A stretch of DNA of 64,000 nucleotides from Saprolegnia diclina VS20. Its lineage: Eukaryota. The notes below the pieces were generated by a model. The model was not told where the DNA came from. It searched no databases and saw only the letters and a program-made list of their open reading frames with translations. Numbering within the stretch: the stretch's first letter is position 1; the number at the start of each line of letters is the position of its first letter. Shown here piece by piece: positions 26,988-39,160 of this stretch. The DNA is taken from assembly GCF_000281045.1 (NCBI RefSeq), contig NW_008246068.1, forward strand, positions 808,371 through 872,370, read 5' to 3'. Position numbers and translations under genes: made by a program.

Positions 26988-28948
26988 TTATGAACGCAGC
27001 TCGCGACAATATTCCTCAAAGGTCGTGGACGGCAGTGGCTGGATCCGGTCTTTGGACGGCGAGGCAAGGTCGGGTCGTTGGTTGAGGAGGGCCTTGTACG
27101 CTTTGTCTTTCTGGACGGCGCCGCGCCATGCTCGCTCGACACTTGTCGGCTTGGTCGTTGGCGCCCGTGCGCGGCGTTGGTGCCGTGGCGCGACGACCCC
27201 TTCGCTTGCGCCATACTGCGCATATTGCGATACTTTGACCTAGAAAATGATGTCACGTCGACTGGTTGAGGCGGTGCTTGTACCTTGGCCTCGGCGTCGT
27301 CCGGTGCCAAGCGTGAGGCCACGAGGTAGTCTTGGTACGCCAGCTGGCTCTGGTCCATGTACCGAAAGCAGTCGCCGCGCCGAATGAAGAACGCAGGCAC
27401 CTTGTGGTTGTGTCGGATCGCCGACGAAAACTCAATTTCAGCCTTATCAAACGCGGCGCGGTTGAAGAGCTCGAGCCCAAAGTGGTACCGAATCATCGCA
27501 ATTCGCGTGTGGATCTCCGTGTCGGTTGGCTGGAGCTCCCGCGCCGTGTTGTAGTCGGCAAGCGCCGCTTGGAGCTTCCCAAGCGCGCGGTAGCAGTCGC
27601 CGCGGTTGATGTAATACCGGTAGTCGATGGCTTTGCCTTCAAAGCGCGACGACGTTTCAATCTCCGACGCGATCGCCTGTTCCGAATTATGGACAACTTG
27701 TCCTCCGGACGACATCGTACCTGGTTCATGGCCGTAAGACCCGCCTCAAAGTCACCAGCCTGAATGTGCATGATGGCCATGTCTAGTTGTACATGTAGTC
27801 ATCGCCACCGATAACAATCGTCCAGTGCGGCGAGGTAGTGTACCGTTGAGGATGAGGTTGCGCTGCCGGCTAATCTCGGGGTGCTCTTCTGTTGGCAGGA
27901 CGTGCCGCATGTGCTCGTCAAGCTCGTCGCCAAATTGCTTGCCAAAGAAGGACCGTGATGCCCGCTCGACATCGGTGAGTGCTGCGCGGTAGTCTCGCTA
28001 GCAACATACATATTGTCAGCAACAGTGGACAACTTGTCCTATGTCGTACGAGCTCTCGAAAGACCGATGCGCGCAAAATGAGCACTTTGGGGTCTTCCGC
28101 ATTGAAGTTGATGCACGAATTGAGACAGTCGAGTGCCTTGGCAAAGTCGCGGCCCAAAATGTGGCGGCACGCCAAGTCGTGCAAGTGCTGGGACTGGTAC
28201 CACATTTTTCGCTCAAAGTCCAGCACCTAGGGTCCAAGGCGTTGTCGCACTCCGACGGGGTCTATAGTCGGACCTCGGGGTGGTTGGGGCAGAGCTTGAA
28301 CGCCCGGGAGATATCCGTGTTGCCTTTATCAATGAGTCCGAGCTTCCAGTGGAGCTTGGCGCGCAGCACGAGAATGTCGGCGTCGTTGGCGTCAATGCAT
28401 ATTGCGTGGTCAATGTCCTTGAGCGCCTTTGTCCAGAGGGTGAGGCCCAAGTACGCCATGCACCGATGGAGCCAGTAGTTGGCCTGGAGCGCGTCGAGTG
28501 CGACTGCATCTGTCAAGTAGACGATCGCCGTCGAGTACTCCTTGTCGAGAAGAAACGAGTAGCCCTAGAGTCCTCCTGTTGCATGCTTGAAACCAATTTG
28601 CGACGCTACATGGGCGTTGAAGACAGCTGCGATCTCTTCCTTGATGGCTTGGGGCGGGTTGCTTTGGAGCGAGAGCAGCTTCTTAAAGTTGCCAATGGCC
28701 GACTAGATGTGTTGCGACATCGTCGAGTTCATTTGGCGAGAAGGGCGAACCTTGAAGTCGCAGAGCTTGGCGTACGCCGACCCGCGCGACGCGTAGAGAG
28801 TATAGTCGTCGGGGCTAATAAAACACGCCTTGTTGTAGCAAATGATCGCCTTCTCATAGTCGCCGTGCCGGACGAGGACGTCGCCCTCCATCTTCTTGGT
28901 CATGGCATCTTCATGGAGCAGCGCTTTCGGCGCCTTGACCGTGTCCAT
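26988..28948 (-). CDS. Tetratricopeptide-repeat protein (TTC16-like, tentative), multi-exon
   Basis: TPR motifs such as GDYEKAIICYNKACFISPDDYTLYASRGSAY and YYINRGDCYRALGKLQAALADYNTARELQP. After the last intron the frame ends ...CRELRS* at 26988-26990. Confidence 0.8.
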
Positions 28949-31632
28949 CGCAGCGTCTAAACGCACGCAACATACTGGCGGTTTCTCGTGAACCGACAGC
29001 CAATTTTTTGAAACCGCAGTAGCCAAGCCAAGAGCACTCGATGGGTCATATTTTTTTACAGGAACCGAGTGTGCAACTGCTAGGGTACTCGAGGTTGATG
29101 CTCGTCGCTTAGGTGCGTCGCGACGACTCCGTATTATTGGGTTCATGAATGTATACTGGACTTTTGATAACGTGATGAATATTTTGGGTTTCAAAAACGA
29201 GCTTTTGGCGCTCGTTGTCGAAAAGAGCTCGCAATCCGCAGAGCAATGTCGAACATTGAAGAGCAAGAGCATATCAATGTGCATGTTTCATGTACGATGC
29301 ACGACGCCATGGCTCGTCGAGCGATTGCGCTCTGTCGGATCTTTGGCGCGCGACAACCTCTCGAGATACTTCAAGCGACCGACTGCAGCGACGGGTGATG
29401 CCGTCGTTGAGGTGCGAGTCAGCGTATCTAGTAAATCAAAGTACCCGTAGCAATTGCAGGTACCGGTAGACTGCACCGTGAAGAGTAGCTCGACGCCACG
29501 CACTGAACAAGGTAGGACTATCCTGGCCCTCTCTTTATGCGATGCTGGAAACCAGCAGTCTTGCTAATAGGCAAGGCACGTGGAACCTTCAAACAGCTCT
29601 TCGAACGCAATTGCAGTTGCAAGAAGCTCTGGCTACCGTGCTGGCCTCGACGCCGATCGTTTGGGTGGATGATGTGGTATCCGGATAATCCAGATAGTCG
29701 TCCCAAAGCGTCCAAGTGTCCTTGGCTCTCTGGCTCCGCGACGCGATGGCTGGTACCGAGGTCGTATGTACTCGTATTCATAGGGTGCAATTCATAGTAC
29801 TCGCATGCTAACTCGGCTTGTCGTGTTCCAACCATCCACTAGTCAACGCCGAGCGTGTGTGTTGTCGTGTCGTCGGACGGAGCCATCCAATACGCCTCGT
29901 CTGCTGGCGCCAGCGGCACAGACTGGTCTGCGGAAGGCCAAGGTCGCGATCACCTTGTTCAGAGTAGGAGCGATCAATGTCGTGGGTCGGAGGCCCACCT
30001 TCGTTCCGCTTCCGCACAGTTCGTCCCATCGAATCTGGGTAGCCAGGCAGCTAATAGCCAGGGCACCCAAACGAGATTTTGAAAAAATTCACCGCCACGA
30101 CCGACGCTTGCATATACTTATACTCCACAGTGTGTTGATGATCGACGATGCAGCTGGTGATCGTCGGTGGTAGCTGTCGGTGGTATGCACCGCGCAGTGT
30201 ACCATGCACACTGATTCGCGCGCATAATATTCCGCATATATAAGAGCTGAGCGCAATCATCATCATCAAATAATATTGGCATCGACAAAAATCACACGTC
30301 TGAACCTACGGCAACGGACAGAACCTCGTTGAAGGAGCGTGCTGTGCGTGTTTATGGCAAGGACCGTGCGCATCGTTCGTCTTCGCGGCAACTGCGGTCG
30401 GTGTCGCGGGTTCTTGAACCTCGTATCTGGCTTGACCGCTCGATCTTTGAGCGTCAACGAACCAAGACGACGACGCACCACGACGCTCTGCATCATGTCC
30501 TGGCAATCGTAGCCGTCCACGGCACGGCAAAGCGGCTCGTCGCCACCGCAAAGCGGCCAAGGACGCCACATGGATGCAGCGCCCGCCTCCGCATCTGTCT
30601 GCTACGATCACTCGTCGAACGATGCACGGGACGGCGCCACGCGTCCATGGGCCGTCGCCACTCAAACACGCTGCAGCCACTGGACGCTGCGAAAAAAGCG
30701 ATGTACACGACCCAGCCGGGACCTGCTGCATTGTCTCGTCCGGTATCGTACAATACAATTGTACGTTTTTACTCTATGTTTGTATGCTATGGATACGTTC
30801 CGTACGTACACATGTCGGGCCCGAACGAACTTATCTGGACCTATCAGAGGGCGCGGGCAATATACCAGCGCGATCGCACGTTCAGTCGTTCGCCGCCAAA
30901 CGACACACGCTGGCTCCTGCAGCCGCGCATCCAATTACACCGCAGTCGTGCGGCAAGCCTATCAAACCCGACGCCGACCACCCGCCGGACAACACCCTCG
31001 CTTTAGTGACCTCAACTGCAACGCCGCGGCGCCAAACTATGGCATCGCCGCCCTACTGTGTTGGCTCTACACTAGTATGCAGGCCCACCGCCTATACTAC
31101 AGGTGGTATACGCTCCCGTCTTCTTCTCTGCTAATGAAATGAACGCGCGTCCCAAACATCCCTCTCCGCCCCACGTTTGCATGAAGCGTAGGCTGTGTCG
31201 ACTGGAGACGATCCACCAGCGCCAAGATACAGTACACCGAGAGCAAGTGGTTCCACGTGCCTACTCCAACCCGTTCGACCCGTTGCTGTGCAGTCGATTG
31301 TATCCAGGCTGCGTCGAAGAACGGTACGTTGTTCGCGATGGTGGGGTCGTTCGGCCGAGGGGTTGCGCGATTGAGTGGCAAAGGGCAAACTCGATTAAGT
31401 GCGATTGTCAAGCGCGCATGCTGCGAGCGTCATAATTGCAACGTCTGTTCCAGTGACACATGGCCCATTCGTTGACCGAGCGGGCGAGTCGCCACAGCAC
31501 CAGTAGCCTCCTTGCACCCGTGCGGTTTCTCTCGCGCCGCCTCCTCCCTGCCACGTCTGCAGAAGCACGCGCCGGGTACGTGTCTATGACGACTGCAAAA
31601 GACACGAGTCGTTGCACTTTGCTTTACGCATC

Positions 31633-32625
31633 ATGGCGCTCAACCAACTCCTCCATAGAAAGAGCCGCCTTACCCGCCGGCGCGCGTCGAGCATCCGCAC
31701 CATGCGCAACGTCGAGGTGCCTCGCTACGAGGTGCTCCGGTCGTCCAAAACCACCGTGTACATCACGACCGTCGACAACGGCACCGACTACTGGGAGCTC
31801 CCGATCCGGTACTCCAAGTACCACGACTTCTTCACGACACTCTGCAAGACGGACAAGAAGTGGGTCGCCAAGCTCCCGTTTCCCGAAAAGTCGTTTGGGT
31901 TTGGGAAGGACTCGCCCGACTTTCGCCGGCGCCAGCTCGACCTCTTCATGCGCCAGCTCAACGCGCTCTTCACGTCGCTCTCGGCCGAGGGCCAAGACGT
32001 CGTGATGGACTTTCTCGAAGCCAAGCACCACGTGTACCACTATGAACGCGAAGCCTCGATCTACGACCACTACGACGACGAGAAGGCGTCGCGCCGCGGC
32101 TACAAGTCGTCGGTCGCGTCCGAGACCGACTGCGAAGACAACTCGAGCGAGCACAACATTGACGGTCTCTCGTCGCCGTCGTTCCCGGATCGGACTTCGT
32201 CGCTCCACCACGCTCGGTCGTCGTCCTTGCATTCGTCGTCGCACTGCTCTTCGATCCATGAAGAAGAGGTCAAGCGCCCGCCAGTTGTCGAGCCCGTGCC
32301 CGTCGCACCGACACCAGTGGTCGCACCCACGCCGGTCGTCGCGCCCACGCCGGTCGTTGCACCGACACCGATCGGCGTTGTCGCAGCACCGGCACCGAAA
32401 CCCAAGCTCCACACGCTTGTGTCGCAGGTCGAAGGCTACGCGCCGATGGCCCCGTCGGCCGCACCGATCTGGCAGCAGCACGAGACGACGCTCTCGACGT
32501 ACACGCGGCCCGCGCATCTCAACCCCGTTGTCGTCAAGACGTGGGGTGTGCTGTACCCGACGCTGTTCCCGCAGCAGGTCGGCGGGGCCCCCAAGCCGCT
32601 TGCGGCCACCACTGCGTCCGACTAA
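31633..32625 (+). CDS. PX (Phox homology) domain protein with a Ser/Pro-rich tail
   Basis: VYITTV..WELPIRYSKY..LPFPEK..RRRQLDLFM fits the PX pattern. (PTPVVA)n repeats in the tail; single exon. Confidence 0.8.
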   Translation: MALNQLLHRKSRLTRRRASSIRTMRNVEVPRYEVLRSSKTTVYITTVDNGTDYWELPIRYSKYHDFFTTLCKTDKKWVAKLPFPEKSFGFGKDSPDFRRRQLDLFMRQLNALFTSLSAEGQDVVMDFLEAKHHVYHYEREASIYDHYDDEKASRRGYKSSVASETDCEDNSSEHNIDGLSSPSFPDRTSSLHHARSSSLHSSSHCSSIHEEEVKRPPVVEPVPVAPTPVVAPTPVVAPTPVVAPTPIGVVAAPAPKPKLHTLVSQVEGYAPMAPSAAPIWQQHETTLSTYTRPAHLNPVVVKTWGVLYPTLFPQQVGGAPKPLAATTASD

Positions 32626-33336
32626 ACCCGTATGCTCGCAGTACTTCATCCCTTCCGTCCACGAAGCAATCACCCACCACCAGTTCCTATGTAATGTATA
32701 TAAGATATGAATCCTCTTCCAACAACGACCGTTGAAATTCGCGTCTCGTCGCCAGCAAGCTCATGCTCATGCTAGCCACACGCGTCAGCTGCCTGCCACA
32801 CACTCGGTTACATACGCTGGTGTACGCGGCAATGGTATACTGTAGATGGAGATGTGCAAGTGAGGGTCGAGCCCTTCGTCTCGCCTCAACTCGCCACGAG
32901 CTGACAAGAGCTGACAAGGGTGGACAAGGGTGATGGGTAGCAAAAGGAATGACCAAGCGACGTGGCAAGCGACTTGGGACCCCGCGGTAAAGACCCGTGG
33001 CGCCAAGCTGTGGCGCCACAGCCCGCAACCCGCGATCGCTGCCAAGAGTGCACTGGAGTGCGCTCAGAAATATCAGATCCATATCAAGAAGATGGTGCAC
33101 TGGTCGGGTGTGATGGCACTCGCCCGACTTTCATTGGCAACATGGCGGGCAACCAGCTGGCGCGCGCTGCCATGCATGGACATACCGGTACGGCATCTAC
33201 TGTACCGCGATCGGTGCGACCATTTTTTCGGGCCGCTTGCACAGTGATGAGGCGCGACGATGGATTCTCAGAGGAACCGTATCACGGACTACTGCGTTCT
33301 ACTGCGTTCGCATTCACCGAGTTGCGCGACCCATCG

Positions 33337-35490
33337 ATGACGGCGAGCCTCGATGCCAAGCCCGTGGCACCCACAGGACGCTGGCCGCCGTCCAAGCGAT
33401 GTACGCTTATCCTGGTCGCCGTCGTTGTTTGCCTCTCTGCAAGCATCGCCACGGTGGTATGCGCGCTCACGACGCCGCGATACTACGCCGTCACCGAGAC
33501 CGACGTCTCGTACGATGGCCACAATGCGTCCGTGGTCGCGCCCATGACGCTCGACGGTTGCGCCAGCCTCTGCACCCGGCTTGGCACGGCGTGTCAAGTG
33601 TACGTGTGGTGCAATAGTTCCAGCAACGCCACGTGCATCATCAAGGACTCGGTCGGTGTCCGCCGCGCCCTGCCCGGCGCCGTCGCGACGCGGCGCTGGC
33701 CAACGTCGCTGCGGCGATCGCCGCGCGCCATTCTCTTTGGAACGTCCGAGGGACCGTATCCACTGCCGACAGTCGCCTATAGCTACGTCCGCGGTGCGCT
33801 CTGGCTCGACGAGACGAACGCAGCTACCGACACGTGGCCGCAGCACACGTTCACGCACGTCGAGTCGATCGGGGAGTGCGCGCAGCTGGCCACGACGGTG
33901 GATCAACCGCTCTTCTCGTACATCACAACAACGCGCCTCTGCTCCGTTTTCGAGTACGACGCAGCAAACCAATCGACGCGTCAGAGCTACATGCGCATGA
34001 AGGACGGTCGCGATGTGCTCTTTGAGACCATTCCCGCTGCGTTCCGGATCGCGACGGCGGCGCTGGCGCCGACGCTTTCCGAGTGCGCTACGGCGTGCGC
34101 TACCAACCCGTTTGGGTGCGTCGGGTACCATCTCGAGCGCGACGGTCGCTGCCACTTCGTGGCACCGACGGCGCAGCGAGCCAAAAGCAGCATCGCCGGC
34201 TGGGTACACGCGCCGCTCCGACACCACGTGACAGACGACCACCGCCGCTACGTGACAATGCGCGGGTACCGTTTGAGCGCACCGCCTGCCGTTGTCGTGC
34301 CAGCTGCGTCTCTCGAGGCCTGCGCGGTGGCCACGGCGCGCGCAAATGCCAGCGTCTTTGCCTACACGGCGTCGACGGGATCGTGTGAAGTTGTGCCGTT
34401 GCAGCCAAGCACGGCGATCCTCGCGCTGCGCGACTACCCCAAAGTCCCTGCGCAGTTTCTTGACGCAGGGCTTCCGCTCGACACGATCACATCCGTGTCC
34501 GTCGACTCGGCGGCGGCGTGCGCAGTCCATGCACTCTGCGTCATCTCGCGCAACGAGTGCGTCGCCACGAGCTTTGAACCGTCGACACGCCGTTGTTCAC
34601 TGCTCAAAGCAACACGCAGCCTCGACCCGGTCACTACGATCGGGTGGCTACCGCCGGTGGCGCTCCCGACAGCGATGAACTCGGTGACGAAAGCTGCTTT
34701 CTTTGTCACGGCCCACCAAGACGACCACGAGCTCTTCATGAGCGGCCCGTTTTTATCGAGCCTCGGCGAACGCAGTACGAAGACGGTTTCTGTGTATTTG
34801 ACCGCGGGCGATCTCTACACAATGCTCAAGTGGCCGGCGCGGGAACGCGCGACCTTGATGGGGACACAAGCCGCTGTCGAGTACCATGGCCTCTACCACC
34901 CGGTCGCCGTGACGACCAACGAGACGATCAGGACGCATGTCGTGACCAAAGTCGTCATCGGCAACGGCGTGCACTACTGCTTGCGCCTGCCCGAGAGTGG
35001 TTCCCACCACTTTCTGAACGCGTCGCTGGCAAATACGAGCCGACTATGGCTGTCGCCGGTCGACAAGCAAGACGAGTACTACAGCTCGTACGCCGACGTG
35101 CGGGCAGTGGTGCAAACGATCGTGGAGCGCGAGGCGGCGGGCATGACCGAGCTGGCCTTCCACACGTCGGAGCCGCTTCCGTCCAAAGCGGCGGTGCCAG
35201 ACCATACGTTGCACCGCCTCTCGGGCGAGCTCACCTTGGCGATCGTGTCGAGCCATGTCAACTGGTCGACGTGCGCCCACATGCAGTTTTACTATGGGTA
35301 CCAGAAATGGGAGGACGCGGCCGATTTGGACCCGACGACAGCGGCGTTCCAGCGACACATGTGGATGCGCGAGTTCGCCGGCGTCATGAACCTCAAAAAC
35401 ACGACCAATGGCTGGGACTTTCACGTCAAGCAGCTCGGGCGACTGTACATCTCGCGGTCGATTCTGCCGACGACTGCTTCGTGCATATAG
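33337..35490 (+). CDS. Membrane-anchored PAN/Apple-repeat protein with a C-terminal PIG-L/LmbE-family deacetylase domain
   Basis: N-terminal TM segment (TLILVAVVVCLSASIATVVCAL). Several CxxxC....C....C PAN-like modules. C-terminal motifs FFVTAHQDD, VYLTAGD, LRLPE and DHTLH. Single exon. Confidence 0.75.
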   Translation: MTASLDAKPVAPTGRWPPSKRCTLILVAVVVCLSASIATVVCALTTPRYYAVTETDVSYDGHNASVVAPMTLDGCASLCTRLGTACQVYVWCNSSSNATCIIKDSVGVRRALPGAVATRRWPTSLRRSPRAILFGTSEGPYPLPTVAYSYVRGALWLDETNAATDTWPQHTFTHVESIGECAQLATTVDQPLFSYITTTRLCSVFEYDAANQSTRQSYMRMKDGRDVLFETIPAAFRIATAALAPTLSECATACATNPFGCVGYHLERDGRCHFVAPTAQRAKSSIAGWVHAPLRHHVTDDHRRYVTMRGYRLSAPPAVVVPAASLEACAVATARANASVFAYTASTGSCEVVPLQPSTAILALRDYPKVPAQFLDAGLPLDTITSVSVDSAAACAVHALCVISRNECVATSFEPSTRRCSLLKATRSLDPVTTIGWLPPVALPTAMNSVTKAAFFVTAHQDDHELFMSGPFLSSLGERSTKTVSVYLTAGDLYTMLKWPARERATLMGTQAAVEYHGLYHPVAVTTNETIRTHVVTKVVIGNGVHYCLRLPESGSHHFLNASLANTSRLWLSPVDKQDEYYSSYADVRAVVQTIVEREAAGMTELAFHTSEPLPSKAAVPDHTLHRLSGELTLAIVSSHVNWSTCAHMQFYYGYQKWEDAADLDPTTAAFQRHMWMREFAGVMNLKNTTNGWDFHVKQLGRLYISRSILPTTASCI

Positions 35491-36431
35491 CCTACGGGAC
35501 GTCCATGCAGCTAACGTTTATGTATACCTGTCGTGTGCTTGATGCGTGGTTGCGCTTGCTTGGCGTAGGATGCATGCGTTCCCGCTGCACTGTGTCACGT
35601 ACCCAGGGCAAAGTCAACCGACCGCCTCTGCTCGGCCGGCCACGCACGATGAGCCACCATCCTGTCGTCTTGGACGAGTTGTTGAAGTACTGGTCGCCGT
35701 GCCACTGCGTGCCCAGTAGGACCATCCCGGGTGGTGTTGGCCGGCATGGATCGAGCTGGCTCGTTCGCCGTGGTTGAGAGAAGACGCTGCTTCGGGTGCT
35801 GCGACGCGGACGCGCTTCAACCCGAGGATCGCGGGATCTTTCGAAGCCGAGCGGACCGAGATTGAAGCGTCCCGGCGCTTCCGAAGCGACAGTCTCGTCC
35901 GTCGATCGGGTCGGTCGCACCGTGCTGGGTACTCGTAGTACCCTGGCTGCATGGAGATTCTCATGGAGGAGGATGGGTAGCCCGTCCAAGCAGCCGAGTT
36001 CGCTTGGTATCCTGGTCGAGCGCTGCAGCACGGACCCCACTACGTCTCACATACACGACGTCTACCTACGGTCGTACCTCCATCTTCTTCGAATCGAAGC
36101 CGGGAAGATGCTGATGTTCACAACGAGGAGATGCACCGCCGGCGCGTATTTAATGCTAAATATCAAATCCACCCCATACTATCTTGAGGTTTGTATGCAG
36201 ATCGCAAAGATCGCATTCTATTGCCTGATCGGCAATTGTCCAATCAAAGGCGCGGATGTGCGAGTCGAACGGCAGTCTTTATAATTTTGGACCCGTTACG
36301 ACGGGGCTTGTTTATTTTATTATTGAAGGTTTGTATGAATCGGACGATGTTGGGAATTAAATGCGATCCGGTTTTGCACGATGTCCAATCGGCCGGATTA
36401 AAACGACTTCATTTTCGCCCGCGGAAGCAGT

Positions 36432-39151
36432 ATGGACGCCGACGGCAAGATGCACCCGACGCGACGAGGACGAGGCGAGAGCATGAACTACTACGAGCGC
36501 AAGCCTTCGGACGCGCCATGGCTCGGCCGCCGGAAGACCCGGCGCGGCCCGCAGCGGTCTTTGTCGCTGCCCAACATGCACCTCCAGGTAGATCGCCCTG
36601 CGAAGACGCGTCGATCGATGCGTCACACATGTAGGGTGAACACCCCGTCGTGCCCAACATCTTTCCGGACATGGACGTTCGGTCGCTGCGGCTTGCTGAA
36701 GTCAGGAGCTGGCGTTGCCCTTGGATGACCCACGACGTTGCGGGGCCCGCATCCTCGGCGCGGTCGGTCGCGCATGAGCTCGAGCATGTTATCGAAGAGA
36801 TGCACAGTACCTTTGAGCACGAAGGAGACGTGAGCAAGCCATTGCCCGTGCTCAAACTGGATCGAAGCCAGTCCGAGAAGACGCCGTTGACGATCACGGC
36901 GGCGACGCCCACATCGAGCGCTGCGACAGAGAGCCCCCACACGCCCCCACCGCTCACGCCCATCAAAGTGCCCGCCAAGCGACCCGTGCTGCGACTAAAG
37001 CTCGACGAGATGCCCACGTCCCAGCAAGCAGAAAATCGCGCCAACCGCGCGGCGAACCAGCTCTTGGCCAAGCGAGACGCGCTCGAGCGCGAGAGCAGTG
37101 CATTCGGTGTGCACGCTAGCAACAACCACAACCCGACGAGCCACATGCAGCGCGCCATGATGGACCTCAAGCTCGGCTCCATTGGCTCCAACAGTGATAG
37201 CGACACTTTGTCGCCGCATGGTCGGACGGCCCATTGACCTTCTTTGTCTTATATCATCGGTGTAGATGGCGAGGGCGGTCGCTTCAGCCAGGGAAGTGCC
37301 TACTCGCCCAATCACGGTATGTTTACCACCAAGTCGGTCTCGGTCTCGGAGGCTGGGATCGCGTCGCCGGACGCAACGCACCTCCATCTGCAAGAGAACC
37401 TTGTGCGGGTGCGTGAAGTGGGCCGCGGTGCGTCGGGGATCGTCTTCAAGGCCGTGCACATTCCGACGCTCAAAGTGGTTGCGATCAAGGTACCAGCTTC
37501 TTGTGGTCTCCTTGCCCACAATGGTCTAGGACGTGCCCGTCTACGGGAAAGGCCAGCGCCGGCAAATGGTACGGGAGCTCCACGCGCTGTACGCGAATCT
37601 CGTGCCGCTCACAGAGTCCCGCACCGCCCCCGTGCGCATGTCCGCTTTGGTTGCATACATCGTCGGAGGATGCTGAGGACGACTCTTGTAGGCCGAGTCC
37701 GTACATTGTATCGTTCTACGATGCGTTCGTGGACAAGCCCAAGAACTGCATCTGCCTTGTCATGGAATTCATGGGCGTCGGGTCCCTCCAAGACATGGTC
37801 GTCCACGGTGGGTGCAAGTCCGAGGCGATTCTGTGTCGCATTGCGTCCAGCGTCCTTCGCGGTCTCCAGCACATTCACGCCAACCGCATGGTCCATCGCG
37901 ACATCAAGCCCCACAACTTGCTGCTCAACCACGCGGGCGACATCAAGATCTCGGACTTTGGCCTCGCGCGAACACTCAACGAGCATGCAATGCACACCAA
38001 GACGTTCGTCGGGACCTTGCTCTACATGGCGCCCGAGCGCATCGGCGGCGGCGACTACGGCTGTCCCTGTACCTCCCCACGACTACTGCTTGCGCTCATG
38101 CTTGCGTGTAGCCGACATTTGGTCGTTTGGCCTCGTCTTACTCTCGGTCGCTCTCGGGCGCTACCCGTTGCCGACGCAAGATGGCTTTTTCGGTCTCTTT
38201 GATTCGGTACGCAGTCTGTCGTAGGAAATGTGGTCACGCAAGGCGGGCGTAGGTGGCCAATGAAGACTACCTCAAGCTGCCGCCCGACTTGTTTTCGCCG
38301 TCGTTTCAAGACTTTCTTGACAAGGTAGATCCAAGACGAAGAGCGTACAGGGATGCAACGCACCGTCTTAGTGTCTCACGGTCGACCCGGACGAGCGCTG
38401 GACCGCTGACCAACTCCTCACGCACCCGTTTGTACATCAGTTTACACCCGACGCGACGCTCGCCGAGGTACATACTGTCGCTTGGAAAATGGCGCGAGAT
38501 CATCTGATATACCGTGCCTTAGTGGAAGACCTTTGTTGCCGGCATTTCCGAACCGGGAGAAAAGGCGCTGCAGGACATTAGCGACGCCGTCATGCACCGC
38601 GTCTACGACCGTGCGGCCAAGTGTTTTGTTCCCCAGGTACATACATCATCCCGATCGGCTTCCCAACCCTCCATGCCAATATACTATGGCTAGTCGGATT
38701 ATGGCATGTCGATGCTCACGCCGGAAGCTTCGTCCCACAACGTCGTCTTACCGCCCGTGGAGACGAGGTATTGCGCGGTGCTCGTTGCTGCGATAGCTCA
38801 TACATGCGTAGCTTACAGCTGGGTCTGGCCAACTATCTGGAGCTGCCACCGGCGACGGTCTTCCGAGTCTTTGAGCAGGTACCTCGTCGTCTAGTGGTTC
38901 GACTGCATCGATGGGACTCGACGTAGAAACGGATCGAGTACGAAGAGAAGCTGCTCGACGATCACTTGTGCCAATCGCCGCAGAGCTGGGCCAATTCCCC
39001 CGGCGACCACCGGCGGCAGTCGCTGTTCGGGTCGTCGACTACGGCCGTCGTCGTCGCCGAGGACGACCCGCGTCCCCACACGCGCCGGCCGTCGTTTTGG
39101 AAGCGACTGCACAACAGCGTCAAGAACCTCGGTCGGCGAAAGGACGTGTAA
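36432..39151 (+). CDS. MAP kinase kinase (STE7/MAP2K family) with long N- and C-terminal extensions (multi-exon)
   Basis: VGRGASGIV, VAIK, LVMEFM, HRDIKPHN, DFGLAR..TFVGTLLYMAPERI, DIWSFG. N-terminal KRPVLRLKL resembles a MAPK docking site. Start and final exons are tentative. Confidence 0.85.
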
Positions 39152-39160
39152 TCGATGGCT

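Noticed and set aside
32962..33336. Upstream extension of the 842-aa ORF
   Set aside because: It starts at a non-ATG codon and looks non-coding; the ATG at 33337 directly precedes the TM anchor.
35492..36300. Overlapping ORFs as a possible transposon remnant
   Set aside because: No transposase or RT motifs, terminal repeats or target-site duplications recognised.
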